A stretch of DNA of 64,000 nucleotides from Daphnia carinata. Its lineage: Eukaryota. Below are positions 48,578 to 60,620 of the stretch, piece by piece. The stretch spans positions 5,084,001-5,148,000 of the forward strand of contig NC_081331.1 of assembly GCF_022539665.2 (NCBI RefSeq). The letters run 5' to 3'. The notes beneath the pieces were generated by a model, which saw only the letters and a program-made list of their open reading frames with translations, had not been told where the DNA came from and did not search any database. The position numbers and the translations under genes were made by a program. Each line of letters opens with the position of its first letter. Position 1 is the stretch's first letter.

Positions 48578-48642
48578 GGTCCATAGCTCTGTGGTAGAGC
48601 ATTCAGCTGTGATAACTGTTACCCTGGGTTCAAACCTTACTA
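48578..48642 (+). repeat. tRNA-derived sequence (SINE head or pseudo-tRNA)
   Basis: TAGCTCTGTGGTAGAGC (A box) ... GGTTCAAACC (B box) at tRNA spacing. Confidence 0.55.
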
Positions 48643-48762
48643 GATGTATAAAGATCTACATCTAAATGGAGAAAAGAATATTGCAGTAATGCATTTCAGT
48701 TTTATTCAAAGTGTAAATGCAAGTCCGCAAGTGACTAGAAAAAAGCCAACTTGACATCATAT

Positions 48763-48826
48763 GATTCATGGCTCATTGGTAGAGCATCGGCGCGGTATGC
48801 CGAACATCCAGCGTTCGATCCCTGGA
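48763..48826 (+). repeat. tRNA-derived sequence, diverged mirror of 48411-48478
   Basis: TGGCTCATTGGTAGAGC, stem TCGGC/GCCGA with 7-nt loop, GTTCGATCC. Confidence 0.6.
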
Positions 48827-50813
48827 TAATAATTGAATGCTTACAGATAAACGATAAACCAATGGAAACAATGCTTACCAACAAAGCTGGCATAAAACAA
48901 TATAGGTGAATTGAGCAAGCTAAATAAAAAAAAGGACGATATATGTAATGTGTGAACAAAGCGAACACAGACAATGAAAGAGACAAATTTTGCAAAAAAT
49001 ATTTTATGAAAAAAAAATTTATTGACAATTCTCTGCACATTACAATTATTTTTGCAACTTTAAAAAGGCACAATAGCCCTTTCAAAAGTTGCCGTCAACC
49101 CAGGCAGGGGGAGACACTGCCTTGTTGACCCACCGGGGAGATTACCCGGTGATTGGCTAAGAGAAGCCGGAAGAAGAGCTGAAGATTTGGAACATTTTTA
49201 CAGGAGCGATTAACCTTTAGTTCGGATTTGTGGGTAGCCACAGAGCCCTCCGTGAACACATCATCGGACTAAGCGGACATCCACGTCCCCTTTCCGGCCA
49301 GAGCCCTCCAAACCTCGGTATATGTTGTTTTTATATATACCGTACAGTAGGGGCATGACCCCCTACGGGCTTATTACGAGTCAAGGGGAAACGGGGCTAC
49401 GGAAAGGAAGGGAGCCCAGATATGCACTTCAATTTCTGAATTTTAAATACCGTTTGGGGAATATGAATTAAGTGTAGAACTTCCATGTAGTGTATCCAAA
49501 CGTAAAAATTAATTCATGACCTTGCCCCAAACAAGAAACCTTTTCAGATCAAAATTTATTGTTCATCTATGAGTCAGTAAAACACCATTAGCATAAAAAC
49601 TCTTAATTCACATGTATAGTTCGTACCTTACATGATTCGTGAGTTGATTGCGAGCATATTCTTCTGTCAGAACTATAAAGGATTGCTGTTGTAACGGATT
49701 CATTAACACAAGGGGGTACTTCTCATTAGACAATTTGCATTACTCTATTACTTTACCTCACACCTTAATGGTAATGCAATCTCAGTGTTTTTTCAACTAC
49801 AGGCTCACTCTTCCATCCTGTAACACTTCCAGACTTGACTTGAACCCCCACTAAAATTCTGTGAACGCAAAATAATAGCATTAAAAATACTTTTTCGATA
49901 GACAAAAATCCGAAACGTACCTAATCCATGTTTCATGTTGAACTCATGCCATTTCTGTGTTTCCATACCACACCCATTTTCCGCCCAAATACAGTCCCAC
50001 AATTCTTCAGTTCCTTCGCTGCATGGGCTTATTACTAACGATTCTTTTAGTGCAGCACTAACAGAATTTAAATTTAACACACTGTCAGGTGGTGGACTGA
50101 ATAACTAAACAATAAATAATTGTTTGTTAAAATTCTATACTTATTTGAAATTCTTATTTGAAAAGTTTAGGCACCTGACTGTGTTCACCTAATGCCAACT
50201 CATCCTCACGTTCAGTTAGGGATGAGTTTTGAAAAACCTCCTTCACTGTTTGGAAACTGTTTCATTCCAATTTGTTCTTTTCCCCTAGCTGAGCTTGTAG
50301 ACTCAAAAATTTGAGCTACAAAACACGAATGAATAAAAGCAAATAAATAGAATCATTACGTATTAGGCCTACCATCGTTAGCTTTGTTGTTATCTAATAT
50401 TTTGTGTTGTTCCAATAACTGGGCCTGCAGCTTCATAATTTGATCTAATAAACAATAATTAATAATTGAAAACCAATATAATAATGTTTATACTTACCAT
50501 TTTTTTGTTTTATTATCTTATCCATTTTTCAATTGATCCTCCAGCCACGCGTTGTTCTCCAGCCACGCTACTGAACTAACTGCGAATGGCATCCGATGGA
50601 CTGAAATTGCCTAAGCCAGTAATAACGAGTCTGAGCGGTAGATGGCTACGTGTCGGAAAAAAAGAAAAAAGTACGATTTTTTTTTCCGCCATTTTTTTTT
50701 TATTTTTATGTAAAACGGATTGCCATAACGACATATTTGTGATTCTCATTTAATTTCGAATCAAACTCATATATTTTTATAGCTATATCTAGATGTTAAA
50801 AAAAAAATCAAAA

Positions 50814-52590
50814 TCAAAATTAAGCCCGACAAAATAAGTCGGGCTTAATTTTGAGTATGCTGAAATTCAGCTTTGTAATTTTGACATTATATTTGATTTG
50901 AGTTAACGTAAAATAGAACGCTGATTTCAGGGAAAATATTTGTTTTCTCGTCAAACCAGCTGTTTTTGTAATAAATGGAATTAACGCGCTGCTGGCGCGC
51001 AAACATTTATCACCCGTTTTTTCCGTTTATTAATAAAGCTATTACCCCAACGTAAAAATAGACTTCATTTTTGTGATTCTCGTTCAATTTTGGATCGGAA
51101 TCATGGTGTATTAGTAATGGTGGGACAACTCTCCATTTTTAGGCCTATCTCGAATGAAGCCTGTTTTCAGAGGAGGTGGGTGTGGCCTAATTGAGGAGAC
51201 TTATAGCCAACGCCACCATCGGAACTACTTAGGAACTAGATCATTCGCCAACCACCGAATGGCAAATGAGGAGATCTACTAGTGTGGCGCGGTGGGGAAC
51301 TAATTACAAATACGGTGGTCTGGTGGATAGAACACTCGATTGCAGTACGGGAGACTCGAGTTCGAACCCAGTACAAATCTTTCTTTTTTCTCCTTTCCTA
51401 ACGTAAACTGGCCACGCGCGGCGCTATGTTGGACTTAGAAAATTTTTTTAGTACGTGCAGCCCTTACCGTTTACTTCAACATCGACAGTAAGTGTCTCTG
51501 ACTATAGGTAACCTGGACCACAAATAGGCTTCAGCCGAGATAGGCCGTTATAACGAAGAGTTGTCCCACCATTACTAATACACCATGTCGGAATCATGTA
51601 TTTTCCCTCAAATCTAGATTTTGGCCAAAAATGAAAAAGTGAGAAGGCCTTCCCACTTCTGTCAAAATCCGCAAAAATTGAAAACTCTTAGAATGCGATA
51701 AAAATCACACAGAACATTCAAAATTAAACGCTGATTTCAATGAAGTGGTTTGTTTTTGCGTCACATCAATCGTTTTTTAAATACACCCAATATTTAAGAC
51801 AACGTTAGCGCGCAAGTACACTTAAGCGTTGGCGCGCCAGTACGCACCAGCGCTAGCGCAATCCAACTCAAATATTTGGTGTATTTAAAAAAACGTTGGT
51901 CCAATGACAAAAATAACGACATATATGTGATTAACGTTTAATTTCGAACCAAAGACATATATTTTTATAGCTATATCTAGATGTTAAAAAAAAAATCAAG
52001 AAAAAGCTATAACAATACATGAATTTGATTCGAAATTAAATGAAAATCATAAATATGTCGTTATTTTTTTCATTGGGTCAACCGTTTTTGAAATACATTG
52101 AATATTTGTGCTGCATCGCGCTAGCGCTGTGTTGAATATTCGCTGTGTTTCATAAACGATTGATTTGACGCAAAAACAAACCACTCTATCGAAATCAACG
52201 TTTAATTTTACTTGTTCTATGTGATTTTTATCGCAATCTAAGAGTTTTCATTTTTTGCGGATTTTGTCAAAAGTGGGAAGGCTACAGCCTTCTCACTTTT
52301 TCGTTTTTGACCAAAATTTAGATTTCATTTTAATACACGATTCCGATCCAAAATTGAACGAGAATCACAAAAATGAAGTCTATTTTTACGTTGGGCTTAT
52401 AACATTTTTAATAAATAGGAAAAAAGGGTGATAAATGCTGGCGCGCCCGCAGCGCGTTAATCATTTATTACAAAAACGGCTGGTTGGAGGAGAAAACAAA
52501 TATTTTTCCCCAAACCAGCTTTTTATTTTAGATTCATTTAAATCAAATTTAATGTCTAAACCACAAGACTGAATTTCTGCAATACTCAAA
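50814..52590. repeat. Older diverged palindromic repeat centred near 52000
   Basis: 50850-51101 plus 51595-51990 is the reverse complement of 52005-52590; perfect 17-bp stem hairpin at 50814-50854. Confidence 0.75.
51102..51587. mobile_element. 486-bp non-autonomous DNA transposon (MITE), P-superfamily-like
   Basis: Perfect 31-bp TIR CATGGTGTATTAGTAATGGTGGGACAACTCT; 7-bp TSD TCGGAAT (51095-51101, 51588-51594); single-copy empty site in the mirror arm at ~52340. Confidence 0.88.
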
Positions 52591-52941
52591 TGTCTTACTT
52601 AATATGGACGCACGGACACATTTCTTTGACTACTAAACTACTCAAAGGTTTATTGATAATTTCTTGGTTACGTACAAAAAAAAACCCAGGTACTTAATCT
52701 CGCCTTTCCAGTTTACATGTGAAAATAAAGGGTTTTGAAGAACAAATGAACAGTTTTGTCCCCAATTCCCTTGCTCAAACGATGAAATAAAAAAGCAGGG
52801 CGAAGTTCTAACCAATCAACTTAAATTAAGTTAAATTAATTGACTCTTTTGCTAATTGTAAGAGGTATTATAACAAGTGTTAGCAATTAAAATTCCGAAA
52901 TAGAACGATACTGAACGGACTCAAAAATTATGCCTCACAAC

Positions 52942-55900
52942 TTAAAGATAGTATGGAAGTTTAGATAAACTATCGTGTGGTTGTTGCATGATTGACTCAC
53001 CGACAAGATATGCCAATTTGTGTGCATACTGGATCGGAGCAGGGATGCGGAGAGTTCCCTAAGAAGCAGAACATGAAGACTAACAAAAAGTACCAAAATT
53101 TCCTGTTGGTTTTACCGGCCAATTGTAGTAGAGATGCGTCAAGGCATATGCCAATCTCTGGTGAATATCAGGGGTGATTCCAGTTTGATCTTCAACAATA
53201 TTATAACTAGTGGGTGATACAGTTCCTTGAGTAACTTTCTGCGAGACAAGGAAAAAGTCGAATCTTTCTTGCAGCGTCACCTTGTTGTCAACGACAGTGC
53301 CGCATACAGGATTGGATGGTTGACGCCCGTCCATATTGAAAAATCGCGTATTGATTCGCTTACTGACAACAATGAAAGCAACAGGTGGATTGTAAAGTCC
53401 ACTCCCCATGTAATTGGTACGTGTACCAGCGTCAGAACAAGCCTCCTATTCAACCGCAAAAAAGATGATTTAGTGTGCTTCATGTGATTTTTTATGTTAC
53501 CTTTAAAGCAGCAATTTCTGTTTCTTTCAGACGTGGAATATCTCCTGCGCCCACTCCGTCACGGTATACAATAATGGCACCCGGCAGCGTTTTTTCATTG
53601 ACAATGTAGAAAGCTCTACGTATATGTAGAAAAAAGAAGAGGAAAAAGGAAAACGAGAACCAAAAAACAAAAAAAATAATAAACACTACGTAGTTAGCGC
53701 CTTCTCGTACACTTGGAATTTACTATTACTTAAGGGCGCCAAAAAGGTGGTCCTTGAAACTGGGAGAAATTTCTTCGTTATTTTCGTGAATCTTCACTGA
53801 AGAATAATATCGAGAAAATTCTTGGTTGATCGAGGCCACAAATGCACCAACAGCCTTTCTTTGGCGGGCATCGTGATACGTATCGTATCCAACCACCATC
53901 CATTTCTGTTGTTTGTGTTTTTTTAATAATTATTAATGAAGGTTGGCAAAGATACAAACTTTTCGATCTTTATTTACAGTAGATGGGACCAGTACTCTCC
54001 AAGGCTCAGCTCCCAATTTGGATGCTATCTGTATCATGACTTTGGTTGCGATGGACATGAGCTTGCCTTGTGCGCCTTTTAGATTTCGGCCCGTTATCAC
54101 CTTGTTAAAGAATAATCAATTATAGTGTGGATTGTACTTCGTTTCAGTTACCAGCTGCAATGAAGGGGAAAAAACCAATACGAAAACAAAAATGTACCTG
54201 AGAAGGGATACCAAATTCAGTGCATGTCAGCTTCTTGATTGAAGAATACGTGTCAGCCCGAGAACTTCGCAGCACACAGAAAATTAGACTAAACTCTCTA
54301 CGACTGCATTCACTACGAATAGCGTCAACATAATTAGATGTTCGATCCGCTTGCATCTGAACACTGCATTAGGCCAATTAGACTATTAGGATTCAAAAAA
54401 ATAAGAAGATGCCTTGAATGAAACGAGAAATACTTACACTCTCGGGTCGGGGACATCAAAACCTTGTTTCCGACCAACATTTTGTATCAGTTCAACAAAA
54501 GGTTGTACTTCGTGTGACATCAGAGCAGGAGTGAACAATATCCAGTCGCGGAGTTCGACAGACACGCACATTCTGGATCCTAAATAAGAGAATTGGCTGA
54601 ATCATTTTTGAGTTTTCGGTAACACTGTCGAGTTTCTTTTAAACCCACGCTGAATGTTACGACTCCAATCTCCTTCCTGTGTTGGAAAACTATTACCGCC
54701 TTGTTGAATCGTTTGGGGAGGGATGATACGTGCATCTAGACGAACGATATTGGCAGCAAAATCCAAGCCCCAGCTATTCAACTCTTTTTGAATCTAATGG
54801 AAATAATGTATTGCAAACGGCACATTCTATTGCCTATTGCAAAACTCACATCAGGATTTTCGGCCAATCGTCTCCGGAACTTCATTAGACTTTCAACGCG
54901 CTTGTCTGGTGTTACACGCGTGACGTTACCAACATCTTTCATTAGCCCAAAATTTTTTCTAAAAAGAACAGCGCAATTTTTATCACATGAAAAAACCATC
55001 AGAACAACATATAACTTTAAAATAAATAAATAAGAAATATAAATAAAATAGGCGCTTGTACTTTTGATCATCCGTAAGGCCGGTCATTCCACAAAGCTCT
55101 GGAATGAGATAGATCGGTTGATCATCTCCTCGATTGGTATCTCGTCGCGTAGGACGCGACACTAGTAAAGGCTGTGTGGGGTGTCGCACGTCAATATTGT
55201 AACGCTTCTTGTAGTATTCCAAATAAGAGATGTCCCTATCTTCCTTACGCAGGTGAAAAGTTGATTGAGGATTCTTGGTGTAGTCAAGGTCATCGATTCG
55301 GTAAGTTCTTTTGTTATAATGCGTCATAACAACCTTCCCAAGCATCTCTGCCGAGCACATAGCCTAAACCATGGTACAGTTTACAAATACCAACATATAA
55401 TGAATATGTTAGTCAGCGAACAATCGCAGCTGTAAATCACGGTCACCTGAAAATCCCCTCCCGCTTGACGAATTTTGTTCATCATATCAAGGGCTGTATC
55501 TCGTCGTAAAACACGGTGGATAATTTCAACACCCAGTAGAAACCCTTCCTCGTGGTGGCGTATGGTTGTAACGTAGCCAGGCCATACATTCAGGAAGTGT
55601 TGCTATTGAGAAGGACCAGGTAAAACATAGGAAGTATTTAAAACTTTAAACGGAAACCTACAGGAATTTCTGTTGCTGCTGCGGGGTCATAATAATCGCG
55701 CCTCCATAGGGTAAGATTCAGCATCCCAAGACAGCGACGTAGAATTATATTCATCACCTAAACATAAAGTTGGATTACGGTATCTTCTCCCCACAGCTAA
55801 TCCTATTTGCTTACAGTGGTATAAGTGGAGTCTTCTTTTTGAATCTCTCCGACGAGTCGAAAACTGATGACAACATCTGAATTATCAGAAAGACGTTTGG

Positions 55901-56793
55901 AAAAAAGTTCCAATGGCTGTGCACAAATCAAAAGTTATTGTGGCAATTCTACCAGTACTCTAAATGAAAAACTTACCTGCGGTAAGCGGGTGATATTGTA
56001 CAGCAGGGTACCGTCAAAAAGATACTTCCCAAGGATCGCTTCATGGACACGGATAAGGGCCTTACGAGCACCGATATGGTCTACATCTGGAGTGAAATCG
56101 ACGCGATATTGCAGCAGGTGCATATCAGGGCGCTTAGTAAGTTCAAAATAATTCGAAGTAAGTGTAACATGTTGGCCTATTCTTCCTGTTGGTATTGATA
56201 ACATAAATACGTATATGACAAGCAACCAGATTTAAAGAATAACGGAAAGTGACGGACGTTTGGTTTAATTTACCTAATTTTTCGAAGTCAGCGGAAGGAC
56301 GAGTTACAATCACAGATTCTCTCTGTTCACGAAAACGACTAGCACCACGGCCACCAACGCTGGCTCCCTCTCTAATGGAAGGCCCAGCACCAGGAGCGGC
56401 CGCGCGACTGGTCGAGGCTTGAGGCTGGGCTGCAGATCCACCATGAAAAGAAGCGCGGCCATACGGTACCCCAGAACGTTCTTGTGGAGCTTCTCGAGCA
56501 AACGAACTCGCTCGTCCTCCGGATCCTGAACGAGGCTGCGACGAAGGCCTTTGTTCTGGTTCTTCCGGAATTTGTTCTCGACTACCAGCTCGACCGGCAT
56601 GCTACTCTTAAAAAAAATACACTAATTAATTCAAACAGGATTTTCATTTATATAAATATACGTGAGGTGGCTGTGTAGTATAAGGAGCGGTTCCGTGTTC
56701 TCTTGGTCTTCGTACTGAATCGTCCGATGCTGAGTCACCACGTAATCCACGTGATCGTCCTCTCGCTCGGCCACGAGAGTCTTGGTCTGACAT
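52942..56793 (-). CDS. aub: PIWI-subfamily Argonaute (Aubergine/Piwi-like)
   Basis: N-terminal GRARGRSRG repeats; N domain LTSNYFEL...[21 protein letters not shown]...[39 protein letters not shown]...[15 protein letters not shown]...YYL-stop. Slicer D-D-H residues intact; aub vs piwi orthology not resolved. Confidence 0.93.
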
Positions 56794-57925
56794 TTTGCAC
56801 TAGTGTCACTCGACAACTACTTCCACAAACTAAAGGTGAAAATATGTAACAAGAATATAGATATCATGGAACAACTTTTTCGTTCTACAATACTACGTAA
56901 TTTTCATTGGCGGAAGAAAAACTTTCCTCATTACATTTCTTTAAACTATGACAAGTTGTTTTATAGGATACAATCTTACAGCATGTCATGCGTTCAGAGG
57001 TCTACATGGAATGATGAAATTTAAGGGCAACAAATATGCACTTAGAGAAGCTATCGCTTAGAAATCACACTCCATAGTTAAGCTACCTTGAATTAACAAT
57101 TCTGAACCAGACAGAAACCATAACTTACCCAAGGGAATAAAGTTCGATGTAGGGTTAGCGAACAGCAGCAACCTTCTTTCACAAGTTCTAATTTTCGACT
57201 GACTAAATGCCCGCCAGCCTCAAAGATCCAAACGGAAGCCAATGACGTTGCCAATTTGTAAAAACGTCAATTTGCGAAATTTAAGTTGAAGTGAAACAAA
57301 GGAAGTCACACGGCTACCCTGAATGGTTGGAGGAAAGGGAAGCCTAGCCAGGAGGGAGTTAAAATACTAAAATTTGACCTTCACTGACGAACTTGTGACG
57401 TTTCGTTGGTTCCCATGCCCCTACTTCTGTATTGGCTTGCATTCTCGCTTTTCGCACACTGATTGTGATCGCTGTACTGTCGAATAAGAAAAATCGTTAT
57501 CGTTTTGCAAATGAATAACAAAGATATTGATTTGTATTTTCAAATACAATTATAACCAACAAATAAAATTTCAAACAAAAAAGTTTAGGTTACGTGAGGA
57601 TAACGATCTTCTCGACCATCAATCAAGATTCGATTCATCGGTAGTCTTATTTTTTTATGGTTGGTGCCATTTGATCCACCACACAAATAGCATAGGGAAG
57701 CTGCGACATTTTTTCTACAATAGGCTGTACAGTAGGTTGCAGTGAAATGTGTCAGGTTTGGCAAACAAAGCATATGGAAAACCCCACATTTCACTGCAAC
57801 CTCCTGTACCTGCATAGCAGTATTTCCATTTTAACATCATTTGCTGTCGGTACCTGACCGATTGCGCCTTTCAAATTACCTCTCCCTGCCCCTTTTCTTG
57901 ATATTCAACGAACATTGTTGCCTTA

Positions 57926-58203
57926 GGGCGCATTTTGGCGTCTCCTTCTAGTTCAACTTTTTTTGCGTCAACTGTCCGGTAGATGATTCAATTAGGGGAC
58001 AGTTTTGGAAACACCGCAGGGGGAGGTTCAACTGAAAAAAAATTTGAACTTTTTCAACGGTGGTCCAGACCACCGTTGACCTTCAGTTGAACTTCAACTC
58101 CTCCCCTTTCTCAACTTTTGCTCAACTCTTCCGTTTTGGCGTCAACCTTGACGAAAAGAAGAACTAAAAAGGTTCAACAAAAGGTTGACGCCAAAATGCG
58201 CCC
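57926..58203. mobile_element. 278-bp PIF/Harbinger (Tourist-like) MITE
   Basis: 17-bp TIR GGGCGCATTTTGGCGTC / GACGCCAAAATGCGCCC with TTA on both sides; internal GTTCAAC/GTCAAC repeats. Confidence 0.82.
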
Positions 58204-60620
58204 TTAATCTTTCTGCATATGGGTTGACAATCACATTCCTTATAGAGTACTCAAAGACAAACTTTGTTTTTCCCCATGCTTTCCCACTACCTTGAGGTCT
58301 TTCATGCTTACCATACATCTCCACCCACGGTTTTCCCCGTAGGATTACACTTAGGACTGATTGGCTCGACGAGTCCAAAAATGGTCGATGGAGGTTGTTA
58401 GGATTGAAAAGTTCCCCAGATGAGTGCAGAGGACTCAATTTCTGGATAATCCGTGACGCCACGTAGCCATCTTCCAAGATGGCGGCTTAAATGACGCCAC
58501 ATATAAAGTGCAACCTAGAATCGACCAAATGCGTTGATCCGTTCAACAAAGTTCGATGGAAGCATTTTGTTGAAAGGACCAATGAATTGGTCGATTCTAA
58601 ACTGAAAAAAGACCTTATAGACAAATTGTATTACCCATAACCGATAACTTCGATCGATTACGCTGGTATACAGCCATTTGCTTGTAGCTGAAGGTGTGCA
58701 CCTCGACTGAAACACGATTGGTTGTAGATAAAAAAAAAAGACAGCCCATTTCCCCGGAAACCCTAGACCGCAAACTTAAAATTCTGCCTTATTAACGTGG
58801 AGCCGAAACCTAACTACACTTGATAAATTTCATAGATTTTGGAACGCTTATTACTGTGTACATAAATTTGTGAAATTATTCACTTACGCAAAATGTGTAC
58901 AATACAACTGAACGCACACTTAAATTCGATACACTTTAATAGTGAGTGTTGGAGGGTAAATTGTTTTCTACTATATTCACTTTACATGTATATGGACCTC
59001 CAGAGCTCATGTAAAACCACTAAAGGACAGCAGCAGGAATCCTTGTCAGAGCATACCCAAAGCTTTCACCACCAAGTTGGCCGTACTAGAAATATGTGCA
59101 ACCCCACTTTCAAACGCATTAGAAAATGCACGCGTAAATAAGCAATAAAAACACAGAAAGGTTGTGGTGCATACTTTCGTCTTTGTTAGTTGAAAGAAAA
59201 TCACAAACAGTATCTACGTCTGCCACCTAAGCCCTTCACGTGTGATCGAATAGCAGACTATTTCTTCCTACTAAGTAAAGTATCGATATTTTGGCAGCGA
59301 TTATTTTCCAGCTATGGCAACGACACCAAAACGAATAAAGAAAATGAACTGTATAAACTTAGACAGTAAGACTGCAAGACAAGTGGCGTAAAAAAAAAAG
59401 AAACAGATCGCATTGGAAGCAATCTTGCATTAGAAAATTTTTTAAAAAACCTATTAAATTAAAACGCAATGGCGGGGGAGTTACAAAGCTGGTTGGCCAC
59501 AGGTTGGCCTACGTGTGAAGTAGATTATTGAATTCAATTAAAAAACAAACAACAGAAGGCAAGTTAGATGACAAAAAAACCTGGCTCGATTGCCAAATAA
59601 GAAACCTACTAGTTGCTTCTTTGCAAAGATACCCAATAACGTGTTTAAATTTTCGAGTCCAAGATAACCTTGACTTCTGATGAATTACTGCGTTGCGTTG
59701 ATTTTGAATTAATTTTGATAAAGAATGAATAAAACATGCCACCGTTCGCTACTAATGCGGCAACACTTTCATCATTTCAATGTCGTTCCCTCCTTACAAA
59801 CAGAGATTAAGCAAGTTGTAAATCCAGGAAAGGTGCAATGAAGCTATAAACTTCATGTGTTATCGCTCTTGTGTTCATGATAACATGTATCCTGCCGTTG
59901 CATCACTTCATTTAATGTGCTCCTGAACAGAGGTTTCGTATTATAAAATTATATTATTGTTACCTTTGCGTGCAACTTCTTTTCTGCTTTTTTTTTCTTC
60001 AAAGTTATGCAGAACGTTGTGCTGATAAAATTTCAAACGGCATCACAGCGATTGAAAGAGAATCAACCCTTTGCAAATAAAAAGGCAAATAGGCGTGGAA
60101 ATTGAAGAGATAAGGCGAATAAAAAATCCTTTTCTATCCTTTATAAACAGATCTGTTGTAACCCTGAAAGAATTTCCCGTTCAATGGCGATAACATGTTC
60201 TTTGACGGATTGATACCGCATGTTGACGTTTCAAATCTGTAAACAAAAACCACGAATCAATTTGCATCGGATCAACTCTTTAGGCACGCGTGACCATAGT
60301 GTTTGTAAAGATAACTTTAGTTTTTTAATGTAGATATATCTCTTTTCAGAGATTAATGACGAAAGAGGACATCACAAATCAAGAACGAGATGTTACATAT
60401 ATTTAGGTGTCCTCTTCATCAACTGATGAACAGATCATAATAATCATAGACAAATTAAACATAAAAATAAATTTTGATTACTGAAAATATAGCCTACTGG
60501 GCACAACTTCGTCAGATAATTTATAGCTATACATAGTAATTGACATGCTATTATTTCACTGTAAATTGAGAAATGACTATTTGATAGAATTCCGTTTTTT
60601 TCTAATCGTGGCATTTGGTT

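Larger units (their letters stand above)
46077..50726. mobile_element. 4.65 kb foldback-type DNA element with kb-long inverted arms
   Basis: Ends ATGGCAATCCGTTTTACA / TGTAAAACGGATTGCCAT. Arms ~46077-47090 vs ~49730-50726 and 47738-48227 vs 48944-49435. Flanks AACGACTT / AACGACAT resemble an 8-bp TSD, and the empty site is visible at ~51915. Confidence 0.8.

Noticed and set aside
48411..48826. Functional tRNA genes
   Set aside because: Acceptor stems do not pair and the anticodon loops lack the canonical U33 context; treated as tRNA-derived repeats
49066..49421. RNase MRP (GTCCCC...GGGGCT) or hammerhead (CTGAAGA) identity for the structured module
   Set aside because: Lacks the GARAG before GUCCCC and the spacing is short; no GAAA core after a stem II
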